From an uncultured Gammaproteobacteria bacterium (GTDB lineage Bacteria; Patescibacteriota; Patescibacteriia; JAHIZJ01), in NCBI GenBank assembly GCA_964594455.1, contig CAZQLY010000001.1, forward strand, positions 97 through 64,096: a stretch of 64,000 nt of DNA, written 5' to 3'. The number at the start of each line of letters is the position of its first letter. Position 1 is the stretch's first letter. Below are positions 29,462 to 40,103 of the stretch, piece by piece. The notes under the pieces were generated by a model. The model was not told where the DNA came from. It was given only the letters and a program-made list of their open reading frames with translations, and did no database searches. The translations under genes and the position numbers were made by a program.

Positions 29462-29905
29462 GTGAAACGTAACGTTTCCCGATGCGTTTGCGGTCTAATG
29501 TTCTTGTTGGTCATCTTTGGAGCCGTTTCCTGTGGAGGCTACAGCGAGCAGGACGAGCAGGCGATCGCCCAAGGCCGAGCCATCGCCCAGCGTTTCCGTA
29601 CCTGGATCGACCAGAATGGGGAATACCCTGAAAGTGACAGTATGTATGTCGAGATCGGTTTGCGCGGTGGAGAAGCCGCCAATGTCTATACCAGCCTACC
29701 GGTCGTGATCACGTCCTGGAGTAACGTCCCCTGCGGGACGGGAGACTATTTCATCTCTCAGATGATGTCATCCGGGGATGGAGACTTTGTTTTCCAGATT
29801 GATCTGAAGGGGCCGACCGATGACGATGGTTACTCCAAGTGGACTTATCGTTTCCGGCTGGATCGTACCATGTCGGGCGTCATCCAAGAGGAAAAAATGG
29901 ATTAA
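29462..29905 (+). CDS. Hypothetical lipoprotein
   Basis: SD GGAGGG, GTG start, lipobox-like AVSC. Confidence 0.65.
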   Translation: MKRNVSRCVCGLMFLLVIFGAVSCGGYSEQDEQAIAQGRAIAQRFRTWIDQNGEYPESDSMYVEIGLRGGEAANVYTSLPVVITSWSNVPCGTGDYFISQMMSSGDGDFVFQIDLKGPTDDDGYSKWTYRFRLDRTMSGVIQEEKMD

Positions 29906-30021
29906 CACCTCTGTCTCGTAATTTGCTGGCGAGACTTTTTTTTATTGACAAAGAAGATTGATTGAGATAAGCTGGCAGAGTTTATTTCAGGCTATGTTTA
30001 TCGCACAAAGGAGGGGCAAGC

Positions 30022-30267
30022 ATGAGAGCCATTGTTGATGTAGTCAGAATCGAGAGACGTATCGTGGTTAAAGTAGAGGGCGGTAGTGACACATCAACCG
30101 TCGAGGAAGTACTTCGTCAGACTGGCCTAGAATTCAATCCCGACACGCATCAGATCGTCAATCCGGATGAAGGCCAGTTCGAACTGGACGGGTTGGTCAT
30201 GATGGATGAACGTATCTTGGTCATACCCAAGGAGCCGGATCAGGACGAAGGTGATGGCGCAGTCTAA
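30022..30267 (+). CDS. Small hypothetical protein (possible beta-grasp fold)
   Basis: SD AAGGAGG; TVEEVLRQTGL...ILVIP pattern. Confidence 0.6.
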   Translation: MRAIVDVVRIERRIVVKVEGGSDTSTVEEVLRQTGLEFNPDTHQIVNPDEGQFELDGLVMMDERILVIPKEPDQDEGDGAV

Positions 30268-30311
30268 GAATTCCAGATTGCGAGGTGAATTTGTTTCACC
30301 TCTTTTTATTA

Positions 30312-30340
30312 TTGACAAAATAAAGCATTTACGGTATGGT
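30312..30340 (+). promoter_or_regulatory. sigma70 promoter of rnpB
   Basis: TTGACA-17-TATGGT. Confidence 0.7.
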
Positions 30341-30346
30341 ATGAAG

Positions 30347-30894
30347 GCCTTAAGAAGACCGGATGGTTGCTCCATTGTGTGTAATAAGCGATGGGGAGGA
30401 AAGTCCGAACACCCCTGCGTTTTTCAAGGCGTAGGAGCATGGCACCTTCGAAAAGAAGGCGGAAATAAGCAAAGGATACAAAAAGTTCTATAGACTTTTT
30501 GGATTCTAACCAAGCCCAGGGAAAGTGTCACAGAGACTATACCGCTCTCCTTTCCGTTAATGACTTGGCGGATTGGACAGTAAGGGTGAAAAGAGTGGGC
30601 CCACCTAAGCGTGGGATAGCTCGCTTCGGCGGGTAAAGTAAGAGCCCACAGGTTCGGTTAGTAATAACCGAATGTGACAAACCCTGCCTGGTGCAAGACC
30701 GAGTAGGCCCCGACCGTTAAGGCCAGGGGCGGGTAGGTTGCTAGAGCCCCGCAGCAATGTTGGGCCCAGATAGATGACCATCCACCTACGCCCTTCGGGT
30801 TTCGGCGGACGCAGTCCAATAATTTAAGGACAGCGTCACTCGAAGCTCGGAGAGCGTAGAGTGACAGAATTCGGCTTATAGGTCTTCTTAAGGC
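30347..30894 (+). ncRNA. rnpB: RNase P RNA
   Basis: GAGGAAAGTCC and ACAGAATTCGGCTTA conserved regions; terminal helix GCCTTAAGAAGACC/GGTCTTCTTAAGGC. Confidence 0.95.
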
Positions 30895-30909
30895 ATTTGA
30901 AAGAAGAAT

Positions 30910-32298
30910 ATGAAGCGGGCTGAATTACTTTTCAGTGCTATTTTAGTACCCGTCGATTATCTGATGATAATTTTAGCGGGGCTGGCCGCATACCGATTGC
31001 GTTTCTGGGAGATAGCGAGTCTCCGGCCAGTTGTTTATGAACTTCCATTTCGGGAGTATTTTTCGATTGTTGTAGGTGTAGGCATCGTCTGGTTAGCGGT
31101 TTTTGCGTTTAGTGGCCTGTACGCTATCCGAAGTACCAAACGTTTTCTAGATGAGCTGGTCAAAATATTTTTGGCCTGTTCTACCGGAATTCTTTTAATT
31201 ATTGTTTTGATCTTTTTTCAACGTGAACTATTTTCTTCCCGATTTATCATCTTAGCCGGATGGCTTCTGGCGGTGGTTTTTGTGAGCATCGGTCGGTTGA
31301 TTGTCAGAAATATTCAACATTCGGCGTTTCGTAAGGGTTATGGAGTTAGAAATATTATTGTAGTCGGGTCGGGAGATACTGGAAGTTTTTTAATGGAGCA
31401 TTTCAAAGCTGACCCTAAGGCCGGATATAGGATCATTGATTCCGTAGAAACAATAAATGATGAATCTCTGCAAAAAATAGATTCTGAAATTGCCCAGAGC
31501 AAAATTGATGAGATTGTTTTATCTGATCCTAGCGTGGATCGAACCGATCGACTGAGGCTTTTAGACCTATGCATCAAACATAATACGGCTTTTAAATACG
31601 CTGCTGATATGCTGGATGCCAAGATATCAAACGTTCGTTATGAAACCATAGCCGGTCAGCCAATAATCGAGATAAAAAGAACTCCTCTGGATGGTTGGGG
31701 CAGGATCTTAAAAAGGATTGGAGATACAGTTCTAGCAGCTTTATTCTTAGTAGTTTTTAGCCCACTGTTTTTAATCGTAGCGATAATAATAAAAATTGAT
31801 TCACCCGGCTCAGTATTTGTCAGATTGGAAAGAGTAGGAGAGAGTAATAAGCATTTTTCTTTGTATAAGTTTCGTTCTATGGTGCAGAACGCCCAGGCCA
31901 TGAAAAAAGACTTGATGAAATATAACGAACGTCAGGATGGCCCGTTGTTTAAGATAAAAGATGATCCCAGAGTGACTAAGTTTGGGAAATTCATCCGTCG
32001 AACCAGTATTGACGAATTACCTCAATTTATTAATGTAATAAGAGGAGAAATGAGCATTGTCGGACCCCGCCCACATGAGCCTGAAGAGGTAAGCAGATAT
32101 CAGAAAGAACACCATAAACTTTTAGCAATTAAGCCTGGAATTACCGGAATGGCCCAGATATCTGGTCGGTCGGATCTCAGTTTTGAAGAGGAGGCGCGAT
32201 TGGACATTTACTATGTTGAAAATTGGTCACCATTGCTGGATTTAAAAATAATGTTACGAACTCCGTTAGTAGTCTTAAGCACAAAATCAGCCAGTTAA
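30910..32298 (+). CDS. Polyprenyl-phosphate glycosylphosphotransferase (WcaJ-type sugar transferase)
   Basis: YKFRSM, DDPRVT, SIDELPQF, GPRP, KPGITG.AQ. Confidence 0.93.
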   Translation: MKRAELLFSAILVPVDYLMIILAGLAAYRLRFWEIASLRPVVYELPFREYFSIVVGVGIVWLAVFAFSGLYAIRSTKRFLDELVKIFLACSTGILLIIVLIFFQRELFSSRFIILAGWLLAVVFVSIGRLIVRNIQHSAFRKGYGVRNIIVVGSGDTGSFLMEHFKADPKAGYRIIDSVETINDESLQKIDSEIAQSKIDEIVLSDPSVDRTDRLRLLDLCIKHNTAFKYAADMLDAKISNVRYETIAGQPIIEIKRTPLDGWGRILKRIGDTVLAALFLVVFSPLFLIVAIIIKIDSPGSVFVRLERVGESNKHFSLYKFRSMVQNAQAMKKDLMKYNERQDGPLFKIKDDPRVTKFGKFIRRTSIDELPQFINVIRGEMSIVGPRPHEPEEVSRYQKEHHKLLAIKPGITGMAQISGRSDLSFEEEARLDIYYVENWSPLLDLKIMLRTPLVVLSTKSAS

Positions 32299-32301
32299 AT
32301 T

Positions 32302-33408
32302 ATGAAAATAGCTTTAATTCATGAGCATTTAGCGCAGGACGGAGGAGCCGAACGGGTACTCCAGGCTTTCCAAGAGATTTATCCGGATGCGCCGACCTAC
32401 ACTCTAGTTTATGACAAGAAGAACGCCAGCCCGGTTTTTCATGATAAAAAAATTCATACTTCTTTTATTCAAAAGATGCCATTGGGAGTAAAACGTTATC
32501 AGTGGTGGCTGCCTTTTATGCCAACTGCGGTTGAGAAATATAACCTGACTGATTATGATGTGATCCTGTCTTCTTGCTCGGCTTTTGCCAAAGGAGTAAT
32601 TACGCGCCAAGATAGCATCCATATCTGCTACTGCCATTCACCTACCCGCTATCTTTGGAGCGATACTTTTAGCTATATTGATGAACTGCATTATCCAAAA
32701 ATAGTCAAAAAAATGATCCCGTTTTTCTTGCCCCGAATCAGACTTTGGGATCAGATGGCCGCCCAACGAGTTGATAATTTTATTGCTAACTCTGAAGCAG
32801 TACGACATCGCATTGAAAAATATTATCGTCGACCGAGCACGGTTATCCATCCGCCGGTTGATACGGAAAAGTTTACGGTCAGTGACAGTTTCGGTGATTA
32901 CTTTCTTATGGGTGGTCGGATGGTTCCGTATAAGCGGTTTGATTTGGCTATTCGAGCATTTAATAAGCTTAATTTTCCTCTTAAGATATTTGGCAGTGGG
33001 CAGGAAGAAAAATATTTGAAGAAGATAGCCAAGCCTAATATAGAATTTCTAGGTCAGGTTTCCGAAGAGGAAAAAGCAGAATTACTCCGCCGAGCCAAAG
33101 CCTTCCTTTATCCTCAAGAAGAAGATTTTGGCATTACTGCTTTGGAAGCAATGGCGGCTGGTCGTCCAGTGATTGCTTATGCCAAAGGTGGGGCCTTGGA
33201 AACAGTTGTTGAAGGTGAAACTGGTGCTTTGTTCCCCGATCAAAATTGGGCTGCTTTGGCCGATACTGTTTTACGCTTCAAACCAGAACAATATAACCCT
33301 AGAGCTATCCGATACCATGCAGAGAAATTTAACATTGACCAATTCAAAGAAAAAATCCGTAACTATGTGGAAGAACAGGTTAAGCAATCAAAATTAAGTA
33401 ATAATTAA
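32302..33408 (+). CDS. GT4 glycosyltransferase
   Basis: GGAERV; EDFGITALEAMAAG. Confidence 0.92.
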   Translation: MKIALIHEHLAQDGGAERVLQAFQEIYPDAPTYTLVYDKKNASPVFHDKKIHTSFIQKMPLGVKRYQWWLPFMPTAVEKYNLTDYDVILSSCSAFAKGVITRQDSIHICYCHSPTRYLWSDTFSYIDELHYPKIVKKMIPFFLPRIRLWDQMAAQRVDNFIANSEAVRHRIEKYYRRPSTVIHPPVDTEKFTVSDSFGDYFLMGGRMVPYKRFDLAIRAFNKLNFPLKIFGSGQEEKYLKKIAKPNIEFLGQVSEEEKAELLRRAKAFLYPQEEDFGITALEAMAAGRPVIAYAKGGALETVVEGETGALFPDQNWAALADTVLRFKPEQYNPRAIRYHAEKFNIDQFKEKIRNYVEEQVKQSKLSNN

Positions 33409-33418
33409 ATATAGTAAT

Positions 33419-34030
33419 ATGGAATTTATTGAGCACAAACAACTTTGGAAAAGAAACATTGTTTTGATAATAATTCTAACGTTGTTGTTGGGAGCGGCCA
33501 GTTTTATCTTTTCGTATTATTCGCCAACCGAGTATAAGTCATCAATCTCGTTTGCGGTCAATAGGATTAACAAGCAGGAAACCGTTGATTATCAATATGA
33601 CGGATATTACGCTATCCAGGCCAGCGATCTGTTTTCACAAACAGTTGTCAGCTGGTTCTTTACCCCTTCGGTACTGCTGGAGATTTACGAAAAAGCCAAG
33701 GTAGATCCGCATATCGACACTCTAGAGCGATTTGCTAATCGGTTTAAGACCAAGAAATACTCCTCTCAGAATATTGTTGTAACTTTCAAGGAACGTGATC
33801 AGAACACGGCGGAACAGATATCGGACTCAATAATTAAAACGGTCCAGGAAAGAGGAGCGGCTTTGAACCAGACAGCTGACCAGAAGGCCTTGTTTGAAAT
33901 AGTTGGATCATCGCCGGTAATCGTTGAGCAGAAACCAATGATTATTATCAATACAGCTGTTGGGTTGATAGTTGGATTTTTCTTGAGTATTGGCTTAGTT
34001 TATCTGATACGCTACTTTAAGACCCCGTAA
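33419..34030 (+). CDS. Wzz/CapA-like chain-length determinant
   Basis: Two terminal TM helices flanking a soluble loop, inside the polysaccharide locus. Confidence 0.65.
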   Translation: MEFIEHKQLWKRNIVLIIILTLLLGAASFIFSYYSPTEYKSSISFAVNRINKQETVDYQYDGYYAIQASDLFSQTVVSWFFTPSVLLEIYEKAKVDPHIDTLERFANRFKTKKYSSQNIVVTFKERDQNTAEQISDSIIKTVQERGAALNQTADQKALFEIVGSSPVIVEQKPMIIINTAVGLIVGFFLSIGLVYLIRYFKTP

Positions 34031-34035
34031 GACTT

Positions 34036-35169
34036 ATGCGCATTGGGGTCGATATTCGATCACTGGCTGAAGCCCAGCCCGGAGGTGTTACTGGTTACAC
34101 TCGGGATATTTTGAGACATCTTTTGAAGATTGACCAAAAAAATGAGTATGTGCTGTTTTCCAATTCATGGGCTCGACCCAAGTTTAAGATCACAGGAGAA
34201 AACGTACAAACGGTAGTCGCGCGTTGGCCGAACAAACTCTTTAACTCATCCCTGGCACTTCTGAATCAACCCAAGCTAGACAAAATGGTCAAGCCAATTG
34301 ACCTTTTTTTTGTGCCCAATTTAAACTTCGTCAGTTTTTCTGAGAACTGTCCGGTAGTGATGACGTTTCATGACCTGTCTTTTGAACTTTATCCGGAATT
34401 CCTTTCGCGCAAACGTCGGCTCTGGCACAAGTGTGTCGCACCAAAGCGATTAGCTCGTCAGGCTCAGCGTATTGTCGCAGTATCAGAAAGCACCAAGAAC
34501 GATTTGATAGATTTATATGGTTTAAATTCAGACAAAATAGACGTAGTATATTCAGGAGTGTCTGATGAATGGGCTGATGCCATATCTGGTCAGGAAGTTG
34601 AGCAAGCCAAAGAATCATTAGAAATCAACCAGCCTTATATCTTGTCAGTTAGTTTCTTGGAACCACGAAAAAATATTGCTGCCTTGCTTAGAGCCTTTGA
34701 TCAATTGAAAAGTCGTTTTCATACCCCACACCAGCTGATTATTGTAGGCCATACATCTTGGGATCAAAAAAACCTGGAATCGATTCAGAAAGGTTTAGAT
34801 CACAAAGACTCAATTCGCTTTGTCGGATACCTAGACGTTAAACAAAAAAACGCTCTGCTTAAAGGCGCTGAAGTTTTTGTTTATCCTTCGGTCTATGAAG
34901 GATTTGGTTTCCCTCCTCTCGAAAGTATTCTGGCCGGCACTCCAGTAATTGCTTCCGCGGCTTCGTCCTTGCCCGAGGTCTTGGGTGAAAGTGCTATTTA
35001 TGTTCAGCCATACAACGTATCTGAATTGACGCAGGCCTTATCCAGCTTGATCAACGAACCAGAATTAAAAGCTAAGCTATTAAATAAACGCGACTTGCTT
35101 AAAAGCAAATATAGCTGGGAAAAAGCTGCCCGAGAAACCTTGAAAGTATTTGAAAAAGTAATATCTTAA
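34036..35169 (+). CDS. GT4 glycosyltransferase
   Basis: EPRKN; [13 protein letters not shown]. Confidence 0.92.
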   Translation: MRIGVDIRSLAEAQPGGVTGYTRDILRHLLKIDQKNEYVLFSNSWARPKFKITGENVQTVVARWPNKLFNSSLALLNQPKLDKMVKPIDLFFVPNLNFVSFSENCPVVMTFHDLSFELYPEFLSRKRRLWHKCVAPKRLARQAQRIVAVSESTKNDLIDLYGLNSDKIDVVYSGVSDEWADAISGQEVEQAKESLEINQPYILSVSFLEPRKNIAALLRAFDQLKSRFHTPHQLIIVGHTSWDQKNLESIQKGLDHKDSIRFVGYLDVKQKNALLKGAEVFVYPSVYEGFGFPPLESILAGTPVIASAASSLPEVLGESAIYVQPYNVSELTQALSSLINEPELKAKLLNKRDLLKSKYSWEKAARETLKVFEKVIS

Positions 35170-35173
35170 ATAC

Positions 35174-36307
35174 ATGCGCATAGGCATTGATGCCAGATTC
35201 TACGGCTCGGTGGGAAAAGGTTTGGGCCGGTATACAGAGAAATTAGTTAATAATCTGGAAAAAGTAGATCGAGCCAACGACTATGTTGTTTTTTTGCGTG
35301 ATGAAAACTTTAACGATTACCAGCCCAGCTCACCTAACTTTCAAAGGAAGAAAGCTCCGTTTCGCTGGTATTCATTGGCTGAACAAATTTATTTTCCTAA
35401 ATTGCTAAATGAACATAATTTTGATCTGGTTCACTTCCCGCACTTCAATGTGCCTATGTTCTATCGCCAGCCATTTGTAGTAACTATTCATGATTTGATC
35501 ATCACCCATTTTCCAACTACTCGAGCCACTACATTGGGTCCGATTAAATACGCCCTGAAACGCTCAGGCTATAATTTGGTTATTTCTTCAGCAGTTAAGC
35601 GTTCCAAGAAAGTAATCACTGTCTCAGAATATACCAAGCAGGAATTGATCCGCCATTTTAATATTGCTGATCAGGATGTTGCTGTTACTTACGAAGCGGC
35701 CGACCCTTTTCCCGGATTTCATGACATTTCTTTAGACAGCGTGTTACATAAATACAATATTAAGCAGCCCTATCTTTTGTATGTTGGTAATGCTTACCCA
35801 CATAAAAATTTAGAGCTTTTGCTTGAAGTGTTTAAGGATCTATTAGAGGAATTTACAGAGCTGAGCCTAGTTTTAGTAGGCCGAGAAGATTATTTTTTTA
35901 AACGTTTAAAAACCCGGAGCCTAGAGCTTGGTTTAGAGAAAAAAGTAAAATTCCCCGGCTATGTTCCGGATGAGGATTTGCCACCGATATATCAAGGGGC
36001 CCGTTTGTACGTATTTCCATCACTGGCTGAGGGATTTGGTCTGCCGCCCCTGGAAGCTATGCAATACGGAGTGCCAGTAGCCAGCTCGTCAGTTTCCTGT
36101 ATGCCGGAAGTTTTGGGCCAAGCTGCAGCTTATTTTGATCCAAAAAACAAACATGCTATAGTAAAGGTGATTTCGGAGTTATTGCGCGATCCGCAAAAAA
36201 CTGATGTTTTAGCCCAACGAGGACTGGAACAGGTGAAAAAATATAGTTGGTCAAAAATGGCGGAAGAAACCCTCCAGATTTATCGACAAGTAAAAAATGG
36301 CAGCTAG
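35174..36307 (+). CDS. GT4 glycosyltransferase
   Basis: PHKNL; PSLAEGFGLPPLEAM. Confidence 0.92.
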   Translation: MRIGIDARFYGSVGKGLGRYTEKLVNNLEKVDRANDYVVFLRDENFNDYQPSSPNFQRKKAPFRWYSLAEQIYFPKLLNEHNFDLVHFPHFNVPMFYRQPFVVTIHDLIITHFPTTRATTLGPIKYALKRSGYNLVISSAVKRSKKVITVSEYTKQELIRHFNIADQDVAVTYEAADPFPGFHDISLDSVLHKYNIKQPYLLYVGNAYPHKNLELLLEVFKDLLEEFTELSLVLVGREDYFFKRLKTRSLELGLEKKVKFPGYVPDEDLPPIYQGARLYVFPSLAEGFGLPPLEAMQYGVPVASSSVSCMPEVLGQAAAYFDPKNKHAIVKVISELLRDPQKTDVLAQRGLEQVKKYSWSKMAEETLQIYRQVKNGS

Positions 36308-38627
36308 AAAGAAGAAAAAAAGTATTTCAAAAAAAGTAAATTTGAATCGGTCCACGACCGACGATGCTTCAATTCCCGAATCCAATGTGATAAATCTACG
36401 GGAGGTAATGCTCCAGCGGGAAGTAGAGAAACTGCGCAAAGAGCTGGAGAAGAAGCAGCGTTCTTCAGGCATCGGTAAAGTCAAAGATTGGATTTCTAGC
36501 GCTTCAAATAAACCGCCCGAATCATTGGAGAGAATAGAAATACCTCAACCAGGAGAAAAAACTGAGTTTGTTCAACCGATTGCCAGCAAAAAAAAGCGTC
36601 CTAGTCTGAAGGTAAAATTTTCCAGACCTCAGATCAAAGTAGAACAAGCCCACGTAAAATCTTTGATGGTTTTTATTTCGATTTGTTTACTTTTAGTATT
36701 GCCGATCTTTGGATTGTGGGGCTATCAATATTTATCTGATTTGCGAGGTCGAATAGTAGACGTATCTATGGATGCCTTTGATCAATTGATCTTGGCCGGT
36801 GAAGCAGCTACTGAGAATAACTTTGATATTGCACAGCAAAAGTTTTCTGAGGCCTCTGATACTTTTATCTTGGCTCAGAAAGAATTGGATAAGATGGGCG
36901 GTATCATGTTTAATTTGCTGCGCTACGCGCCCTTCAAAGGCAAGGTCTTGACTTCCGGCCAGCATCTTTTGGAGGCTGGGCAAGCTATCTCTCTAGCCGG
37001 TCAGGATATTACTGAAGTAGTGGAAATATTTAATCCCCAGGTAGCCAATAGCGATAATTTTTTAGTTCAAAATAGCTTAACCGGACTTTTGAATTCCAGT
37101 CAAGATTATCTTGTACCAGCCCAAGAACGCATCCGTCAAGCTGTTGATCATCTTAAACAAGTAGACTCTGAGGCTTTGCCAGTTGAGTATCGGGACGATA
37201 TAGATAATGTTAAAGCCAGCCTGCCCTTGTTAGAGGCTAATTTTGAGCAGTTTATTACATTCAGTGATCTGTTTTATACGCTGTTAGGCGGTGATGTATC
37301 GAAACGCTATTTACTGATCTTTCAGAACAATCGGGAGATGCGAGCCACGGGCGGTTTTATCGGCAGTATAGCATTAGTTGAAGTCAACAATGGAGAGATT
37401 ACCAAAATGGAAGTCCCGGGCGGTGGACCCTACGATCTACAAGGACAGTTAAAAGAAAAGGTAATTGCTCCGGCGCCGCTTCATTTGGTAAATCCGCACT
37501 GGTATCTGCAGGACGCAAATTGGTTTCCGGATTTTCCCGCCTCAGCCCAAAAGATAATGTGGTTTTATGAAAAGAGCGGCGGTCCGACTGTAGACGGTGT
37601 TATTAGTCTGACCCCGGATGTAATAATTGATCTGTTGAAGATAATCGGCTCAATAGACCTCCAAGAGCAGTATAGCGTAACTATTACCAGCGAGAATTTC
37701 ATAGAAGAAACACTTAACCAGGTCGAAAACGAATACGACGTTGAAGAAAACAAGCCGAAACAGTTTATTGCTGATTTACTGCCTATAGTGCTTGAAAGGG
37801 TATTTAGCGGCAACCAGCAAGAATTCTTTGCTTTACTAGGAGTATTGAGCGAAGCTTTGGAGCAAAGGCATTTAATGTTTTATATGTCTGATCAAACAAC
37901 TCAAACCCAAGTTGATCAGCTGGACTGGGGCGGTGAAATCAAACAAAGCAGTGGTGATTATCTAATGGTAGTGAATACCAATATCAGCGGGGGTAAGACT
38001 GATGCGGTTATAGACCAGACTATCAACCATAAGGTTGAGATCCAGCCCAATGGAGAAGCTATAACCACTGTTGAAATAACCCGTTTGCACAATGGGCAGA
38101 TAGATGACCAGTGGACTGGTTCCAAAAATATAGACTTTATGAGGCTGTATGCTCCACAAGGGTCTGAGCTAATTGAAGCGACGGGGTTTGAATCTCCAGA
38201 TCCGAAGCTTATGCAATGGCCTGAACCTGGTTATGAAGTTGATAGTGATTTAAGTGATATAGAAGGACAGGTTATCATTGACGAAAGAACTAATACCCGG
38301 ATCAATAATGAGTTTGGTAAGACAGTATTTGGTAACTGGGTCCAAGTAGAGCCAGGGGAGAGTGTTACCGCTACTATTACTTACAAATTGCCGTTTACAG
38401 TAACTACAGGCGGATTTATCAATACCTCAACGCCTTATAGCCTCTATGTTCAAAAACAGTCGGGCAGCTTTGACAGTGTTTTCCATTCGGAAATAGATTT
38501 CCCCGAAGATTACTCGATAATTTGGCAGTGGCCTGATCAGTCAGAGCTGGTTCAAGATGGCAATTCATTGAAACTGGAAAAGGTATTGAAAAGCGATATG
38601 TATTTTGGGGTAGTTTTCCAGAAATAA
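36297..38627 (+). CDS. DUF4012 domain membrane protein
   Basis: YLLIFQNNREMRATGGFIGS, DANWFPDFP, VDGVI. Confidence 0.88.
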   Translation: MAARKKKKSISKKVNLNRSTTDDASIPESNVINLREVMLQREVEKLRKELEKKQRSSGIGKVKDWISSASNKPPESLERIEIPQPGEKTEFVQPIASKKKRPSLKVKFSRPQIKVEQAHVKSLMVFISICLLLVLPIFGLWGYQYLSDLRGRIVDVSMDAFDQLILAGEAATENNFDIAQQKFSEASDTFILAQKELDKMGGIMFNLLRYAPFKGKVLTSGQHLLEAGQAISLAGQDITEVVEIFNPQVANSDNFLVQNSLTGLLNSSQDYLVPAQERIRQAVDHLKQVDSEALPVEYRDDIDNVKASLPLLEANFEQFITFSDLFYTLLGGDVSKRYLLIFQNNREMRATGGFIGSIALVEVNNGEITKMEVPGGGPYDLQGQLKEKVIAPAPLHLVNPHWYLQDANWFPDFPASAQKIMWFYEKSGGPTVDGVISLTPDVIIDLLKIIGSIDLQEQYSVTITSENFIEETLNQVENEYDVEENKPKQFIADLLPIVLERVFSGNQQEFFALLGVLSEALEQRHLMFYMSDQTTQTQVDQLDWGGEIKQSSGDYLMVVNTNISGGKTDAVIDQTINHKVEIQPNGEAITTVEITRLHNGQIDDQWTGSKNIDFMRLYAPQGSELIEATGFESPDPKLMQWPEPGYEVDSDLSDIEGQVIIDERTNTRINNEFGKTVFGNWVQVEPGESVTATITYKLPFTVTTGGFINTSTPYSLYVQKQSGSFDSVFHSEIDFPEDYSIIWQWPDQSELVQDGNSLKLEKVLKSDMYFGVVFQK

Positions 38628-38722
38628 TTTAAGTTAAAAACAAAATAGCTGTTGTTAGCTGTTTTTTTATTGGTTTTTATGCTACCCCTTGACAAAATCA
38701 GGCAAATGAGCTAAACTACTCG

Positions 38723-39130
38723 GTTAAACAATAGCCATTTTAAATATTAGGCGCAAAGCTATACAGGATCTGGGAGGGTTTTTTGTTGGCTTCTGGAAAA
38801 TGGGTGCATTTGGCTTCTTACTTTGAGTTCTCTCTTCTAATTAGACCACGGAAGGCGAGATGAAGAAGCCTATTAATCAGCACCCATTTTTTAGGAGCTA
38901 ATATAGGTTCATTGATATTAGTTCTAAGGCGCATATTTGGAGGGGTGGTGGAACACGGCAAGACAAATCGTTCGGGTTTCGACTCGAACTGTCCTGTCAC
39001 TCCATCAGGTACCGTTTCCGGCTTTCTAGTCGGAACAAGCGGGCCAACACCTCCAAATATGTTCTTTTGAGAGCAAATAGCGGATAATCAATCTGTCGGT
39101 GTTTTTTCTGACTGATTGATTATACGTTGT
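38723..39130 (+). ncRNA. Candidate large structured RNA or 5' leader
   Basis: TTGACA-17-TAAACT promoter at 38689; long hairpin 38784-38903; three-way junction 38932-39061 with UUCG loop; G-U pairs favour the + strand. Confidence 0.5.
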
Positions 39131-39187
39131 ATATAGATTGATGTATTTTCTCTTTTTTTGGTGTCCCTGTTTCAAGGAGGACGTCTC

Positions 39188-39616
39188 ATGTACCAGGTCA
39201 TGGTCGAAGCAAGCTCGAACGGCACTTTCACTCCTGCGCGCTGGCCTCTGATCATCAATGGTGGTCAGAGAGTCGAGAAGACGGCTGAGCAGCTGTCCAA
39301 TCCCCAGGCCACCTTTGCCTGCGGTTGTCACGGCGAGGATGCGAAAGGCGAGCCCTGTCGCTGTAAGGCCGAGCATACGGCCGACAAGATGAAGGCCGCC
39401 GTGGCTCCGGACGGGACGATCGTGGTGGTGTGCAACGAGCACGGCCCGGCAGTGCATCAGCAGTTCAACGTTCCCACTAACCGGACACTGCGCGACGTCC
39501 TCGACAGCATGGTGATTCCGAGACTGAACACCTCGGATGATTTCCACCGCAGTCGCTGGGAGCGTCGTCAGCAGGTCACCGGTCTGAGCAACATCTTCGC
39601 TGAGGCTGCATCGTAG
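39188..39616 (+). CDS. Hypothetical Cys/His-rich protein
   Basis: SD AAGGAGG; CGCHG...CRC...CNEH possible metal ligands; GC-rich codon usage. Confidence 0.7.
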   Translation: MYQVMVEASSNGTFTPARWPLIINGGQRVEKTAEQLSNPQATFACGCHGEDAKGEPCRCKAEHTADKMKAAVAPDGTIVVVCNEHGPAVHQQFNVPTNRTLRDVLDSMVIPRLNTSDDFHRSRWERRQQVTGLSNIFAEAAS

Positions 39617-39662
39617 CATCGATCTGATCTCTCCTCGGAGCAGTTAGTATTCGCTGACTGCT

Positions 39663-39710
39663 CCACCTACCTGAGTGTTTTACAAATAATGGTAAAATGT
39701 TCAGGTAGGG
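39663..39710. repeat. Intergenic hairpin repeat, copy 1
   Basis: CCACCTACCTGAGTGTTTTA identical to 40061-40080; closes with TTCAGGTAGG. Confidence 0.8.
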
Positions 39711-39775
39711 CTTTGCTCTTTTCTAAATAGATGTGGTGAGACGACAACAAGAACTCCTAAGCAGGAGATAGAGTC

Positions 39776-40027
39776 ATGGACGCATGTCAAATTATAGGCT
39801 TGATCCTAGGAATACTTGTCCTTGGTGCCTTCCTACGTTGGCGCCGGAGTATCCTAGACGACCCTCAGGGTTTCCAACTGACAATGATGTTTTTTTGCGC
39901 CTTTGCTGGATGTGTCTTGGAGGTTGCCAACATCTTGGAGGAAAACGGTGCCGGATTCGGCATTGCAATTGCCGGCATCGCCTTTTTCTTCTTCTATGGC
40001 TTTTTTGCCATGTTGGAAAGCCGTTAG
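39776..40027 (+). CDS. Small 3-TM membrane protein
   Basis: SD AGGAG; three hydrophobic segments. Confidence 0.65.
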   Translation: MDACQIIGLILGILVLGAFLRWRRSILDDPQGFQLTMMFFCAFAGCVLEVANILEENGAGFGIAIAGIAFFFFYGFFAMLESR

Positions 40028-40060
40028 CCAATTTCGGGGCAGATTGTTACACAGTTTGCC

Positions 40061-40103
40061 CCACCTACCTGAGTGTTTTATTTTTTAGAACCCTCAGATA
40101 GGG
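40061..40103. repeat. Intergenic hairpin repeat, copy 2
   Basis: 20-bp identity to 39663-39682; closes with CTCAGATAGG. Confidence 0.8.

Noticed and set aside
30206-30493. 95-aa ORF
   Set aside because: Overlaps the rnpB promoter and RNase P RNA; not a plausible protein.
38932-39061. Possible tmRNA, tRNA-Sec, SRP or hammerhead
   Set aside because: Lacks tRNA-like ends, the SRP GGAA loop motif and an exact CUGAUGA core; kept only as an unassigned structured RNA.
39026-39619. 197-aa minus-strand ORF
   Set aside because: Antisense shadow of the SD-led + strand ORF at 39188 in GC-rich sequence.
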